Shown here one piece after another: positions 1-10,049 of a DNA stretch of 64,000 nucleotides. Source of the stretch: an uncultured Lachnospiraceae bacterium. Its GTDB lineage: Bacteria > Bacillota > Clostridia > Lachnospirales > Lachnospiraceae. The notes beneath the pieces were generated by a model. The model was not told the DNA's origin, ran no database searches, and saw only the letters and a list, made by a program, of their open reading frames with translations. The stretch spans positions 206-64,205 of the forward strand of contig CAMVID010000008.1 in the NCBI GenBank assembly GCA_947167445.1, written 5' to 3'. The position numbers and the translations under genes were made by a program. Each line of letters begins with the position of its first letter. The stretch's first letter is position 1.

Positions 1-2110
1 CGGAATCCTTCACATAGAACCTGTATCTGTACATATCGTTGATCCTGCTTATTCCTGCGGGAGCAGGACCTATTAAATGTACCCCCTCATATTGCTTCTT
101 AATCCCCAAAGCCAAATCATTTGCAACACCGACAGCTCTCTCCTCATCCTTTGATGATATGAGAACGCTTAGCATATGGCTTACGGGCGGGTAATCCATC
201 AATGATCTGAATGCTATTTCTTCTTCGTAAAAAGCTTCGTAATCCTGCTTGGCTGAAAGAGTGATTGCATAGTGCTCAGGCTGGTATGTCTGAATCACAA
301 CCTCACCGGGTTTCTCACTCCTTCCGGCTCTTCCGGCAGCCTGAGTCAAAAGTTCAAAGGTTCTCTCACTGCTTCTGAAATCTCCCACACTCAAAGACAT
401 GTCGGCAGCCAGAATTCCCATAAGGGTAACGTTGGGGAAATCATGTCCTTTCACAATCATCTGAGTGCCTATAAGAATATCGGCCTCATTGCCTACAAAA
501 GCAGAAAGAATCTCCTCATAGCTGTCCTTGTTTTTGGTGGTGTCCGCATCCATACGAAGGATTCTTGCGGCAGGATACATCTGACGAAGTTTCTCTTCGA
601 TTTGCTGAGTACCCGCTTTGAATCCCGAAACATATTTGGATCCACACTTAGGACATATTTTAACACTTTCAGTGGTATATCCGCAATAATGGCAGATCAG
701 AAGCCCGTTGTTATGCTGGTGAAGGGACACATCACAGTGGGGACACTTAATAACCTCACCGCAGGCTCTGCAGGATATGAATCCCGCATATCCCCTTCTA
801 TTTATAAAAAGCATAATCTGCTCTTTTTTACCTAACCTGTCAGTAATCAGTTCCTGAAGTTTTCTTGAGAAAATGGAGCGGTTGCCGCTTTTAAGCTCTT
901 CTCTTAAGTCAACCACATTTACCTTTGGAAGTTCCCCTCCGTTTAATCTCTCATCAAGAACAAATTCCTTATATATTCCCTTTTTGACTCTGTAAGTCGC
1001 CTCCAGAGACGGGGTTGCGGAACCGAGAATCAATGTGGCGTTTGATATTCTTGCCAGTTCCTCCGCCGTTTCTCTGGCATGATATCTTGGCATAACCTCA
1101 CTCTTATAAGAAGTCTCATGTTCCTCATCTATTATGATGATTCCAAGATTCATAAAGGGAGTAAAAAGGGCCGAGCGGGGACCGATAATAACATCGAGTT
1201 CTCCGTTTTTGGCTCTCTCAAACTGATCAAACTTTTCTCCCTCGGAAAGTGTGGAGTTCATGACCGATACCCTGTCACCGAATCTCTCATAAAACCTTTT
1301 GGCAGTCTGATAGGTAAGGGCAATCTCAGGGATTAAAACAATGGCCTGTTTTCCTTCCCTCACTACCCTTTTGATAAGTTCCATGTACACTTCAGTCTTG
1401 CCGCTTCCGGTAATGCCTCTTATCACATAGGTTCTTCTTACACCGCCATAGAAATCCTTCATAACAGAGTCCACAATGGCCTGCTGCTTGGCGCTGAGTA
1501 TCTTAGCTGTTCCCTCGGCATTCTTACCCGAGAAGGGGTTTCTGTATACCCTGTCAGCCTCTGTTTTAAGAATGCCCTTTTCCTCAAGGGCGGTTATTGC
1601 CGTCTTTGATACATTTAACTTTCCGGTTATAAGTTTCTCTGGAAGTTCCTCCGCCTCAATAAGTTCTGTAAGAAGTCTTGCCTGAGCTTTTCTGTTCTTT
1701 CTTAATGCCTCGGAAAGCTCAGCCCTTGCCTCATCCTTTGATACGGCAAGAATAACCTTTCTCTTTTCAAGCTGCTTTACGTTTTTCTTGACGGGCAGAA
1801 CAGTTTTAAGGGCCTGGATCATTGTAGAACCATAGGTTTTTCTCATCCATGCCGCAAGAAGCACCTGCTTCTCCGCCACGGACACAGTGTTCTTTACAAC
1901 GCCCTCAAGTTCCTTTATCTTCTCAGGCGGATACTCGGATGTCTTCTTTATCTCGGTAACATAGCCGGTAATCATGCGGTTTCCCTTGCCAAAGGGAATC
2001 TTTACCATGTTTCCGACTTCTATCTTGCCCTCGAGCCTCTCGGGAATTTTGTACTCGAATGTACGGTCAAGACTCTCGTGTGAAATTTCAATTATTACGC
2101 TTGCGTACAT
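1..2110 (-). CDS. priA: Primosomal protein N' (PriA helicase), partial; C-terminus lies outside the window
   Basis: Absent from the ORF track because it runs off the window. Manual translation from ATG 2108-2110 (complement) gives MYASVIIEISHESLDRTFEYKIPE... It has Walker A GITGSGKTEVY, a DEEH box IIIDEEHE, and Cys clusters CRACGEVIKCPHC ... CHYCGY ... CPKCGS. I saw no in-frame stop down to position 1. Confidence 0.9.
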   Translation of the reverse strand, partial: MYASVIIEISHESLDRTFEYKIPERLEGKIEVGNMVKIPFGKGNRMITGYVTEIKKTSEYPPEKIKELEGVVKNTVSVAEKQVLLAAWMRKTYGSTMIQALKTVLPVKKNVKQLEKRKVILAVSKDEARAELSEALRKNRKAQARLLTELIEAEELPEKLITGKLNVSKTAITALEEKGILKTEADRVYRNPFSGKNAEGTAKILSAKQQAIVDSVMKDFYGGVRRTYVIRGITGSGKTEVYMELIKRVVREGKQAIVLIPEIALTYQTAKRFYERFGDRVSVMNSTLSEGEKFDQFERAKNGELDVIIGPRSALFTPFMNLGIIIIDEEHETSYKSEVMPRYHARETAEELARISNATLILGSATPSLEATYRVKKGIYKEFVLDERLNGGELPKVNVVDLREELKSGNRSIFSRKLQELITDRLGKKEQIMLFINRRGYAGFISCRACGEVIKCPHCDVSLHQHNNGLLICHYCGYTTESVKICPKCGSKYVSGFKAGTQQIEEKLRQMYPAARILRMDADTTKNKDSYEEILSAFVGNEADILIGTQMIVKGHDFPNVTLMGILAADMSLSVGDFRSSERTFELLTQAAGRAGRSEKPGEVVIQTYQPEHYAITLSAKQDYEAFYEEEIAFRSLMDYPPVSHMLSVLISSKDEERAVGVANDLALGIKKQYEGVHLIGPAPAGISRINDMYRYRFYVKDS

Positions 2111-2132
2111 TCTCCGGTTCCTTTCCCTGCCC

Positions 2133-3857
2133 TTAGCAGTAATTTTCAATAGTGATCTGGGCTTTAGTTATTCCTCTGAAGGTGTTAAGCCCCAGCTCAT
2201 ATGTAATATTTGAGGTGTTGCCCTTTTCTTTTATATGCCTGTCAAAATCGTCGGCATCTCCAAAAAAAACCGCCTCTCTGGCCTTGCCCTGCTCATCAAG
2301 AATGGTGTATTTGCCATACTTTCCGTCGGCCCCCATTCTTTTCATGTTTATAAACTTAATATCTTTTCCCGCAAACAATGGCTTTGGATTTCCTACGCCA
2401 AAGGGCTCTAACATATCAAGTTCCCTTGCAAGGCTCTCCCCCGCATAGCTTATGGGAAGCATCATATCGATGCTTATCTTTTTGTAAAAATCATCATCCG
2501 TAAGGGTGCACTTTTCGTTAAGCTTCTGTCTTAATTCGTCCTGTTTCCCTGTGGGTATGGACAAGCCTGCAGCTAACTTATGGCCTCCGAACTTTGTAAA
2601 GATTTCTCTCACTTCACACATGGCTTCAAACATGTTGTACTCTTCTATGGATCGACCGCTTCCCTTTAAGCCTTCTTCTCCGTCTGTCAGGATGAAGGTG
2701 GGCTTATTGTAGGTTTCTCTGATTCGTCCGGCTATGATGCCCGCCAAACTTTCGTGGCATTCCGGAAGGTACACCACAAGGACCTTATCCTTATCATAGC
2801 CTTCCTTTTCTATTATCTCCATAGCCTTCTTGGTTCCATCAAGAGTCATACTCTTTCTGGAATCGTTAAGGCTCTTTAATTCTCCCGCCAAAACTGCTGC
2901 ATCCGCATCGTTCTCAGCCTTCAGCAAATCAAAAGCCCTCATGGCCGAATCAAGGCGCCCTGTGGCATTAAGAGAAGGACCTATTACAAAGCCAAGATGA
3001 TAGGCGTTTAAGCTCTTTTTATCCAGACTGTTAACCCGCATAAGAGCGTCAATGCCTTTGCAGGGTTTACTTCTTAAAAGCCTTAACCCCTCCTTGACAA
3101 TAACTCTGTTCTCTCCAAGAAGCTCCATAACATCGCAGACGGTTGCCAATGCAGCAAAGGGCAAAAGCTCATCAAGAAGTTCGTCAGCCTTAACGGGACT
3201 TCCAAACGCCTCATTAAGGGCCTGTATCACCTTCATTGCCACCACTGCACCACAGATTCCTTCCTGTGGATAATTACAGTTTGCCTGCTTTGGATCAATG
3301 ACAGCATCAGCAGGAGGAAGGGTTTCTTTTTTCTCTTCTCCTTCCATTTCAAAAGGAACTTCGTGATGATCCGTTACCACCACTTTCATCCCAAGTTCTT
3401 TCGCTAGCGCCACCGGTTCCTTTGCAGCAATACCGTTGTCGCAGGTCACTATTAAGTCCACCTTATCCTCGTGGGCTTCCTTTATCATATTTTCATTCAG
3501 GCCGTAGCCGTCCCTTACTCTGTGGGGAATGGCGACATCGACATTGCCGCCAAGTTTAGTCAGACCGACAAATAAAACGTGGCTGGCACAAATTCCATCC
3601 ACGTCATAATCTCCGATTACTCTGATTCTGACTCCACCGTCTATGGCTTCCTTAATAAGCTTACATCCTTCATCCATGCCAAAAAGAAGATGAGGGTCAA
3701 AAAGGGAGTTTCTGTCTCCCTTAATGAACCTTTCAATCTCTTGGTCATCGACCACATTACGGTTTCGTATTATCCTTGCTGTAATCGGACTGATATTATA
3801 TTTCCTGCCGATTTCCTCGAAATCAGCCTTTTTATTCATCACAAACCACTTTTCCAT
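2133..3857 (-). CDS. recJ: Single-stranded-DNA-specific exonuclease RecJ
   Basis: 574-aa ORF with DHH family motifs (VIGDYDVDGICA, TCDNG, VVVTDHHE) and a DHHA1-type FGGHKLAAG. Confidence 0.9.
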   Translation of the reverse strand: MEKWFVMNKKADFEEIGRKYNISPITARIIRNRNVVDDQEIERFIKGDRNSLFDPHLLFGMDEGCKLIKEAIDGGVRIRVIGDYDVDGICASHVLFVGLTKLGGNVDVAIPHRVRDGYGLNENMIKEAHEDKVDLIVTCDNGIAAKEPVALAKELGMKVVVTDHHEVPFEMEGEEKKETLPPADAVIDPKQANCNYPQEGICGAVVAMKVIQALNEAFGSPVKADELLDELLPFAALATVCDVMELLGENRVIVKEGLRLLRSKPCKGIDALMRVNSLDKKSLNAYHLGFVIGPSLNATGRLDSAMRAFDLLKAENDADAAVLAGELKSLNDSRKSMTLDGTKKAMEIIEKEGYDKDKVLVVYLPECHESLAGIIAGRIRETYNKPTFILTDGEEGLKGSGRSIEEYNMFEAMCEVREIFTKFGGHKLAAGLSIPTGKQDELRQKLNEKCTLTDDDFYKKISIDMMLPISYAGESLARELDMLEPFGVGNPKPLFAGKDIKFINMKRMGADGKYGKYTILDEQGKAREAVFFGDADDFDRHIKEKGNTSNITYELGLNTFRGITKAQITIENYC

Positions 3858-3889
3858 ACCATAACTAGTATAGCATAGATATGACAGTT

Positions 3890-4288
3890 CTAGTAATGTT
3901 CTTTTACTTCGATGAGTACCCCAAGGTCCTTGGCTGTGTCAAAGTATTCGTAGGCTTCATAACCCTTCTCCTGCTTGAAGATGGATTCATAGCCTGCGGC
4001 CTTCATTGTAGCCTCATCATTTTCGAGAGGTCCGTCTGACAAGAAGCAGACGGAGTATATTGAGGTTCCGTGCTCCTTAAGCCAGGCTGCCCAGGGATCG
4101 TTATCCCCCAGGGGCTCGATGATTTCGAACCAGAAGTTGTCGCTGAACACGCTTTCAACTTTCATGGGTGTGTCTGTAATGGGGCGACCCTTGTAGGTGG
4201 TTAAGGGTGTTCTCACCATCTTGTGCTCCTCATTATCCTCGGGAGCCGTACCGGTGCCAAGGCTTATACCAATCTTGTCCATTGGCAT
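3890..4288 (-). CDS. VOC (glyoxalase/bleomycin-resistance fold) family protein
   Basis: 132-aa ORF. The C-terminal half reads like a VOC module (FWFEIIEPL ... GTSIYSVCF ... GVLIEVKEH). The 5' end overlaps the AraC ORF; the internal Met at 4219 is an alternative start. Confidence 0.5.
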   Translation of the reverse strand: MPMDKIGISLGTGTAPEDNEEHKMVRTPLTTYKGRPITDTPMKVESVFSDNFWFEIIEPLGDNDPWAAWLKEHGTSIYSVCFLSDGPLENDEATMKAAGYESIFKQEKGYEAYEYFDTAKDLGVLIEVKEHY

Positions 4289-5050
4289 CCCTTTGCCGAG
4301 ATTCTTTTGAGCCTTAAAGAGGGAAATGAAGTAGAACTTAACTTTAGAAAATATGAGATGAATCCCAACGATTTCATCATTTCATACCCCGGCGATCTTC
4401 ATACCATAAGAAACGTCTCCATGGATTCCTTCTTACTTGTTCAGTTTCCCCTGGAGCTTGTTACCGTAGTCCCTGATTTTAACAGAATCAAGCCCCTTTT
4501 GGTAAAGGCCCCCTACTGTAAGTACAACGTTAACGACACAGAAATCGGAAAGATGGTCCTTACCATCAAGAAGATTGTAAATACCTCCAGAGACACCGGA
4601 ACCTTCAGAGAGGCCTACAACTATTCTCTTTTATTGAAGTTCTTCTCCTATTACGGAAAGTGGTGCATGGATAACAGAATAGATGAAAGCGACTCCACCG
4701 ACGAAGCTTACTACAAGTCCTCAAAGCTTATGGCGGAAGCCTGTCTTTTCATATCGCAAAACTGCGCAGATCCCCTGTCTCTCGACGATGTAGCCAAGAA
4801 GATCGGTATCAGCAAATCTTACTTTTCTCATCTTTTTAAGGATTATACTCAGATGACCTTTGTGGATTACCTGACAAAGGAGAGAATAAGAAGAGCCGAG
4901 GCAATGTTCCTCGACTCTAAAAAGAAATTTATTGATATTGCATTTGAATGTGGCTTCGCCAGCATCTCTTCCTTCAACAGAAGTTTCAAGAAGATAAAAG
5001 GCATATCTCCAAGAGAATTCAGAAGCGCAATGATTGAAAGAACCAGCTAA
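4223..5050 (+). CDS. AraC/XylS family transcriptional regulator (cupin + double HTH)
   Basis: 275-aa ORF with a GTG start in the track. It has a cupin signature HWHPFAEIL...GDLHT. The C-terminal AraC HTH pair is LSLDDVAKKIGISKSYFSHLFK ... IAFECGFASISSFNRSFKKIKGISPREFR. Confidence 0.85.
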   Translation: MLLIILGSRTGAKAYTNLVHWHPFAEILLSLKEGNEVELNFRKYEMNPNDFIISYPGDLHTIRNVSMDSFLLVQFPLELVTVVPDFNRIKPLLVKAPYCKYNVNDTEIGKMVLTIKKIVNTSRDTGTFREAYNYSLLLKFFSYYGKWCMDNRIDESDSTDEAYYKSSKLMAEACLFISQNCADPLSLDDVAKKIGISKSYFSHLFKDYTQMTFVDYLTKERIRRAEAMFLDSKKKFIDIAFECGFASISSFNRSFKKIKGISPREFRSAMIERTS

Positions 5051-5060
5051 GGAAATCCCT

Positions 5061-7052
5061 CTAATAGAGGATTTCCTTAAGTTCTTCCTTGTTTGCAAAA
5101 GGTCCGGGGATTGTGGAAACTCCACGGTGATTTCCGAGATAATCCACGTTGAATACAATATCGGAACCGTCTCTTTCCTCAAATCTTTGCTCAGGGTTAT
5201 AAACCTTTCCAAGCATATCTGTGTTAATTATTCCGTCGGCAAAATCACCGATAATATCATAGATATTGGTCTTGAGCTTGTATCCGGCCTTGCTCTCCAC
5301 AAGTTCAACCGAAACCTTCTCCTTCTTGTCCACCAGTTTATTCTTCTCCTTCTTCCAGGCCTTGGCGCCGTTTAAGTAAACGTTGCCCTCTGACCATACA
5401 GGAAGGTGATCGAAGTGACCGGAAGCCAGTTTCATCATATCAGGCTTCTCCACATCCATGTCAAAACGCTTAATCCACTCGTCATAAGTGGGATACTCGT
5501 CCCATACATGAGTGCCCACAACCTGGTGGTAGGGTGAGCCCTTATGCTCCTTATTATCAACGGGATAATACTGGACAAAGATGTTGTTGTATATTCTGTT
5601 GTCACCGTGAAGAATGGTGTTGAATCCCATAACTTCTGTTCTGTGGCGCATGTGATAAGGAGTGTAGCGGCGTTGGCTTTTACCATCGATAATGCTGTCT
5701 ACGCCATCTCCCACTGCTGTGAATGAGCCGAGAATCAGGTTATGAATGATTCCAAGTCCCTCAGTGGCAACTCTTAAGCCGTAACGGGAAAGAAGTATGT
5801 TGTTATCAATCAATGTGGGGCCGTGTCCAACCTCCACAAAGATATCCTGGCTTTCCATTCCGCCCTCAAGCTTGGTGCTGCCCTTGGGCATATCGTTGTC
5901 GTGGAGCAGGTTCTGTGTAACCCTTGCTCCCTGTGCTTCCCAGTCAAGCCAGATACCCATTGTACAGTTATGGATATGGTTTCTTCTTATCAAAACATCG
6001 ATTGCCGCATGAAGCTTAATGCCTGAAATCTCAGCGCCTCCAAGCTCCATCATGTTGTTGATGTGATGAATGTGGTTGTCCTCAATAGTTGAGAAAACGC
6101 AGCCCATTCTTCCTACGATACCTGTCTGCTGACAATGATGAATGTTACATCTTCTGATTATGTGATTGCCGATTTTGCCCTTAATCCAGCCGTGGTACTG
6201 GCCGCGGCAAACCGCATCTCTCTCCATCTGTGTGGGGCCCTTGATGTGATGGTTGGTGAAATAATGGTCGTTTTCGGGATCGTAATACTTACCCAGGGAG
6301 ATTCCGCAGCACTTGCTGTTCACAATCTCACAATCCTCGATGATCCAGCCATAGGCCCAGTGAGGACCCACCATACCATCCTGATAAGCAGCCGGAGGTG
6401 CCCATGTGGTTGCAGCCTTCTCTACAAAGAAGCCGCTGAAGGTAATAAAGTTTACGTGCTCCTTTTCGGGCATGAAGCACTCTCTTCTTACGTTAATCTC
6501 CACCTTCTCTTTTCTGGGATCCTTGCCCTGGAAGTTGGCATAGATTACAGTCTCATTTCCTTCCTGAAGGGCGAACCATTTATACTTGGTCCATTCCTGC
6601 TCCCATGAAGGGGTGTAAACTTCCGGCTTTAAGCAATCTTCAAGAGAAGTTGCCTCATACAAAGCCTTGTCATTTAAATAAACACAGCCTGTGTGTCTTT
6701 CTGTCTTTGCAAAATACCAGTCGCCGTAAACCAAAGTTGTATAGGGATTGTATCCGTTAAATACGCCGTTATCTACTCTCGTAACCCATACGTCACCCTT
6801 GTACTTCTTCCAGTTCTTCACTTCCTCGGCACCGGAAATAACAGCACCCAAAGGCTCCACAGATTTGTAGATGATTCTGTTTTCCTTTGTACCGCCGTTA
6901 ACGGGATTTACATACTCTCTGTAAAGGCCCGGTTTAACCAATACTTCATCGCCGGCAACAGCTATCTTTGCAGCCTCGTTGATTCTCTTAAAAGGTCTTG
7001 CTTCAGAACCGTCACCGTCACATCTTGCCGCAGCATCAACATAATACTTCAT
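5061..7052 (-). CDS. Right-handed parallel beta-helix repeat protein (putative carbohydrate-active enzyme)
   Basis: 663-aa ORF with no signal peptide. It carries repeated PbH1-like turns (IIRRCNIHHCQQTGIVG, IEDNHIHHINN, IRRNHIHNCTMGIWLD, VTQNLLHDND). The activity cannot be assigned by eye. Confidence 0.6.
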   Translation of the reverse strand: MKYYVDAAARCDGDGSEARPFKRINEAAKIAVAGDEVLVKPGLYREYVNPVNGGTKENRIIYKSVEPLGAVISGAEEVKNWKKYKGDVWVTRVDNGVFNGYNPYTTLVYGDWYFAKTERHTGCVYLNDKALYEATSLEDCLKPEVYTPSWEQEWTKYKWFALQEGNETVIYANFQGKDPRKEKVEINVRRECFMPEKEHVNFITFSGFFVEKAATTWAPPAAYQDGMVGPHWAYGWIIEDCEIVNSKCCGISLGKYYDPENDHYFTNHHIKGPTQMERDAVCRGQYHGWIKGKIGNHIIRRCNIHHCQQTGIVGRMGCVFSTIEDNHIHHINNMMELGGAEISGIKLHAAIDVLIRRNHIHNCTMGIWLDWEAQGARVTQNLLHDNDMPKGSTKLEGGMESQDIFVEVGHGPTLIDNNILLSRYGLRVATEGLGIIHNLILGSFTAVGDGVDSIIDGKSQRRYTPYHMRHRTEVMGFNTILHGDNRIYNNIFVQYYPVDNKEHKGSPYHQVVGTHVWDEYPTYDEWIKRFDMDVEKPDMMKLASGHFDHLPVWSEGNVYLNGAKAWKKEKNKLVDKKEKVSVELVESKAGYKLKTNIYDIIGDFADGIINTDMLGKVYNPEQRFEERDGSDIVFNVDYLGNHRGVSTIPGPFANKEELKEILY

Positions 7053-7119
7053 ATTCTTACCCCCATTTATTCTTTATGTGCAGTTTGGGGCCTGTCCCCA
7101 ACTGTCACATTTGTGTGGT

Positions 7120-8148
7120 CTACAGCAAATCTGCTATTTCATATATAAGTTTTTCAGTCTTCTCAATTCCAAGGCAAGGGTCTGTAATTGACTTACCGTA
7201 AACGCTTCCGCCAACCTCCTGGCATCCGTCCTCGATGTAGCTCTCAACCATGAAGCCCTTAACAAGTCCTGCAATGTCCTTGTTATTCTTCATTGAATTA
7301 AGTACATCTCTGATGATTCTTGGCTGCTCGAAGGGATTCTTTCCTGAGTTGGCATGGTTGGTATCAACTATTACAGCAGGATTCTTTAAATTCTTCTCCA
7401 TGTAAAGTTCATACAATCTTGCCAGCTCTTCGTAATGATAGTTGGGCTGTGACTCACCGTGTTTGTTGGTGTAGCCTCTGATAATTGCATGAGCGTAAGG
7501 GTTACCTGATGAGTGAACCTCCCAGCCTCTGTAAATAAATGTATGTGAATGTTGAGCCGCAAGTATTCCGTTAAGCATTACGGAGTAATCGCCTGAGGTA
7601 GGATTCTTCATTCCGACAGGTGTTGCAAGTCCGCTGGCTGTAAGACGGTGCTGCTGGTTCTCAACACTTCTTGCTCCCACAGCAACATAGGCCAGAAGAT
7701 CATCCAGATACTGGTCATTCTCGGGATAAAGCATCTCATCCGCGCAGGCAAATCCAGTCTCCTCGATGGCCTTCATGTGCATGTGTCTTGTGGCAATGAT
7801 TCCCTTGAACAGATCGGGCTTCTCGTTGGGATTGGGCTGATGAAGGATTCCCTTGTATCCGTCTCCCGTTGTACGAGGCTTATTGGTGTAAATTCTGGGA
7901 ATTATAAAAATCTTATCCTTAACCTTCTCCTGAATGGGACAAAGCCTTGAAATATAGTCGATTACACTGTCCTCTCTGTCCGCTGAGCAGGGTCCGATTA
8001 TAAGCAAAAGCTTGTCATCTCGCCCGGAAAGAATTGCCTCAAGTCCGGCTCTCTTTTCGCTGACAACCTTATCCATCTGCCCCGTAACTGGGTAAATCTC
8101 CTTAACCTCTATGGGAAGCGCCAGCTTCTTCTCGAATTCTACGTTCAT
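7120..8148 (-). CDS. aroF: 3-deoxy-7-phosphoheptulonate (DAHP) synthase, class I
   Basis: 342-aa ORF with LLLIIGPCSADRED and IYTNKPRTTGDGYKG motifs. It is the last gene of the aro/phe/tyr operon. Confidence 0.85.
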   Translation of the reverse strand: MNVEFEKKLALPIEVKEIYPVTGQMDKVVSEKRAGLEAILSGRDDKLLLIIGPCSADREDSVIDYISRLCPIQEKVKDKIFIIPRIYTNKPRTTGDGYKGILHQPNPNEKPDLFKGIIATRHMHMKAIEETGFACADEMLYPENDQYLDDLLAYVAVGARSVENQQHRLTASGLATPVGMKNPTSGDYSVMLNGILAAQHSHTFIYRGWEVHSSGNPYAHAIIRGYTNKHGESQPNYHYEELARLYELYMEKNLKNPAVIVDTNHANSGKNPFEQPRIIRDVLNSMKNNKDIAGLVKGFMVESYIEDGCQEVGGSVYGKSITDPCLGIEKTEKLIYEIADLL

Positions 8149-8152
8149 TTCT

Positions 8153-9013
8153 CTACTCCTTATTGAACTGTGATCTCCTCTGTGTGGAGAGTCTCATCTT
8201 ATCTATAAGACCTTCTCGATTGTCCTTTTCAATCATGTTTCTTATCTCGCCCATCTCGCCCATAAACTTATCAATCTGGCCAAGTAACGCCTCCTTATTA
8301 AGGAGGAAAAGCTCGCTCCACATCTGGCCGTTTATATTGGCGATCCTTGTCAGATCCCTGAAGGAATCCCCTGTATAATCCCTGGCCTTCACTGAATCCT
8401 CACAGGTCATAAGAGACACCGCAATACAGTGGGTAAGCTGGGAAACATAGGCTATCATGTCATCGTGTTCCTCGGGACTAAGAATTGATACCCGGTAAAA
8501 ACCAAGCACTCTCCCCAGATTCTCACACCACATGATTCCCTCTTCAGTGTTCTTATCAGTGGGTACAACGATGTAATTTGCATCTCTGAAGATCTTATCA
8601 GAGGCGTTCTTAACGCCCCAGACTTCCCTTCCTGCCATGGGATGAGCCGAAATGTACTCAACGTCCGTATCTGCCAGTTCCTCCTGAACCTTATAAAGGA
8701 AGGAACTCTTGACCCCCATTACATCGGTGATCTTTATTCCTTTTTTGAAAAATCCCTTGTTCTCAGAAATCCACTTAACAACTATTGATGGATAAAGGGC
8801 AATGATGATGCAGTCAGCTTTTTTAATCAGCTCCGGGTCATCAAAGGCTGCCCCCTCATCTATTATACCGTTTTCCAGTCCATATTCTATGGCTTCCTTA
8901 TCCTTATCGATTGCAAGGACATGATGGCCGATTCTTTTGATGGCCTTGGCGTAACTTCCGCCCATAAGTCCAAGTCCCACAATAAGGACATTTGATTTGT
9001 TAACCCACTTCAT
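8153..9013 (-). CDS. tyrA: Prephenate dehydrogenase
   Basis: 286-aa ORF with an NAD-binding site VGLGLMGGS and a core ISAHPMAG. It is 4 nt from aroF. Confidence 0.85.
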   Translation of the reverse strand: MKWVNKSNVLIVGLGLMGGSYAKAIKRIGHHVLAIDKDKEAIEYGLENGIIDEGAAFDDPELIKKADCIIIALYPSIVVKWISENKGFFKKGIKITDVMGVKSSFLYKVQEELADTDVEYISAHPMAGREVWGVKNASDKIFRDANYIVVPTDKNTEEGIMWCENLGRVLGFYRVSILSPEEHDDMIAYVSQLTHCIAVSLMTCEDSVKARDYTGDSFRDLTRIANINGQMWSELFLLNKEALLGQIDKFMGEMGEIRNMIEKDNREGLIDKMRLSTQRRSQFNKE

Positions 9014-9015
9014 AA

Positions 9016-10038
9016 TTAATCCTCATAAAAGTAGTCGGTGCCATATCTTGATGAGAGTAAATCATACATGACGATTGCGCTCATGGCTTCAACAACCACC
9101 TTTGCTCTATGTATAATGGCGGGATCGTGACGACCTTCTATCTGAAGTTCTCTGTTCTCTCCGCTCTTTAAATCTATGCTTTCCTGCTTCACGTAAACGG
9201 ACGGTGTGGGCTTTATTGCAAGCGAGAACTCAATGGGCATTCCATTTGTTATGCCACCGTTAATCCCACCGTTGTTGTTAGTAGTCGTAACAATCTTACC
9301 GTCTTCATTTCTGAAGGAATCGTTATACTCGCTTCCCTTTAACGCCACTCCGTCAAAGCCTATACCAAACTGCACTCCCTTAACTGCGGGGATACTGTAC
9401 ATTGCATGGGCAAGGACGCTTTCAACCGAGTCAAACCAGGGTTCCCCAACCCCTGCAGGCACTCCTTTTATCTGGGCTTCAAGGACGCCGCCAACACTGT
9501 TGCCTTCCGCTGCGGCTGCCTTAATTGCCGCTTCCATCTCTTCCCATGAGCCTGCTATTCCGGCAACGGATTTGATCTCGCAGGAGATTTCGATGCCTTT
9601 TTTCTTAAGAGCAGGCAAAACAACTGCTCCCGCAGCGACCAGGGCTGCGGTTATTCTTCCGCTGAAGTGCCCGCCGCCTCTGAAATCCTCAAAACCATGG
9701 TATTTAACGCTTGCGGTGTAATCCGCGTGTCCCGGCCTTGCAATTCGCTCAGCCTTCTCATAATCGGAACTTCTCTTTGCCACATTTGGAATCAGTATGG
9801 TCAAAGGAGAACCTGTGGTTTTACCATTAAAGTATCCACTGACAATCTGAAATTCATCAGGCTCAACCCGGGAGGTTGAAATCACCCCTGCAGGTCTCCT
9901 TTTTGAAAGAAGCTCTCTTATGTAATTCTCATCCACCGTAAGCCCAGGTGCAAGTCCATCGAGAACTGCGCCGATGTATGGACCGTGGCTTTCTCCGAAG
10001 AGCGTTATCTGTAAGCTGTTTCCAAAGGTGTTTTTCAT
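9016..10038 (-). CDS. aroC: Chorismate synthase
   Basis: 340-aa ORF with signatures FGESHGPYIGAVLDGLAPG, RPGHADY and GGGHFSGR. Confidence 0.95.
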   Translation of the reverse strand: MKNTFGNSLQITLFGESHGPYIGAVLDGLAPGLTVDENYIRELLSKRRPAGVISTSRVEPDEFQIVSGYFNGKTTGSPLTILIPNVAKRSSDYEKAERIARPGHADYTASVKYHGFEDFRGGGHFSGRITAALVAAGAVVLPALKKKGIEISCEIKSVAGIAGSWEEMEAAIKAAAAEGNSVGGVLEAQIKGVPAGVGEPWFDSVESVLAHAMYSIPAVKGVQFGIGFDGVALKGSEYNDSFRNEDGKIVTTTNNNGGINGGITNGMPIEFSLAIKPTPSVYVKQESIDLKSGENRELQIEGRHDPAIIHRAKVVVEAMSAIVMYDLLSSRYGTDYFYED

Positions 10039-10049
10039 GGAAATCCTTT

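Noticed and set aside
272-2213. Plus-strand ORFs in the track (272-835, 1079-1336, 1476-1685, 1974-2213)
   Set aside because: They are antisense to an uninterrupted PriA reading frame on the minus strand that carries clear helicase and zinc-finger motifs. Their sequences are low-information. I treat them as shadow ORFs.
7053-7119. Terminator between aroF and the beta-helix gene
   Set aside because: There is only a 6-bp stem (UUGGGG/CCCCAA) with no U-tract. That is too weak to call.
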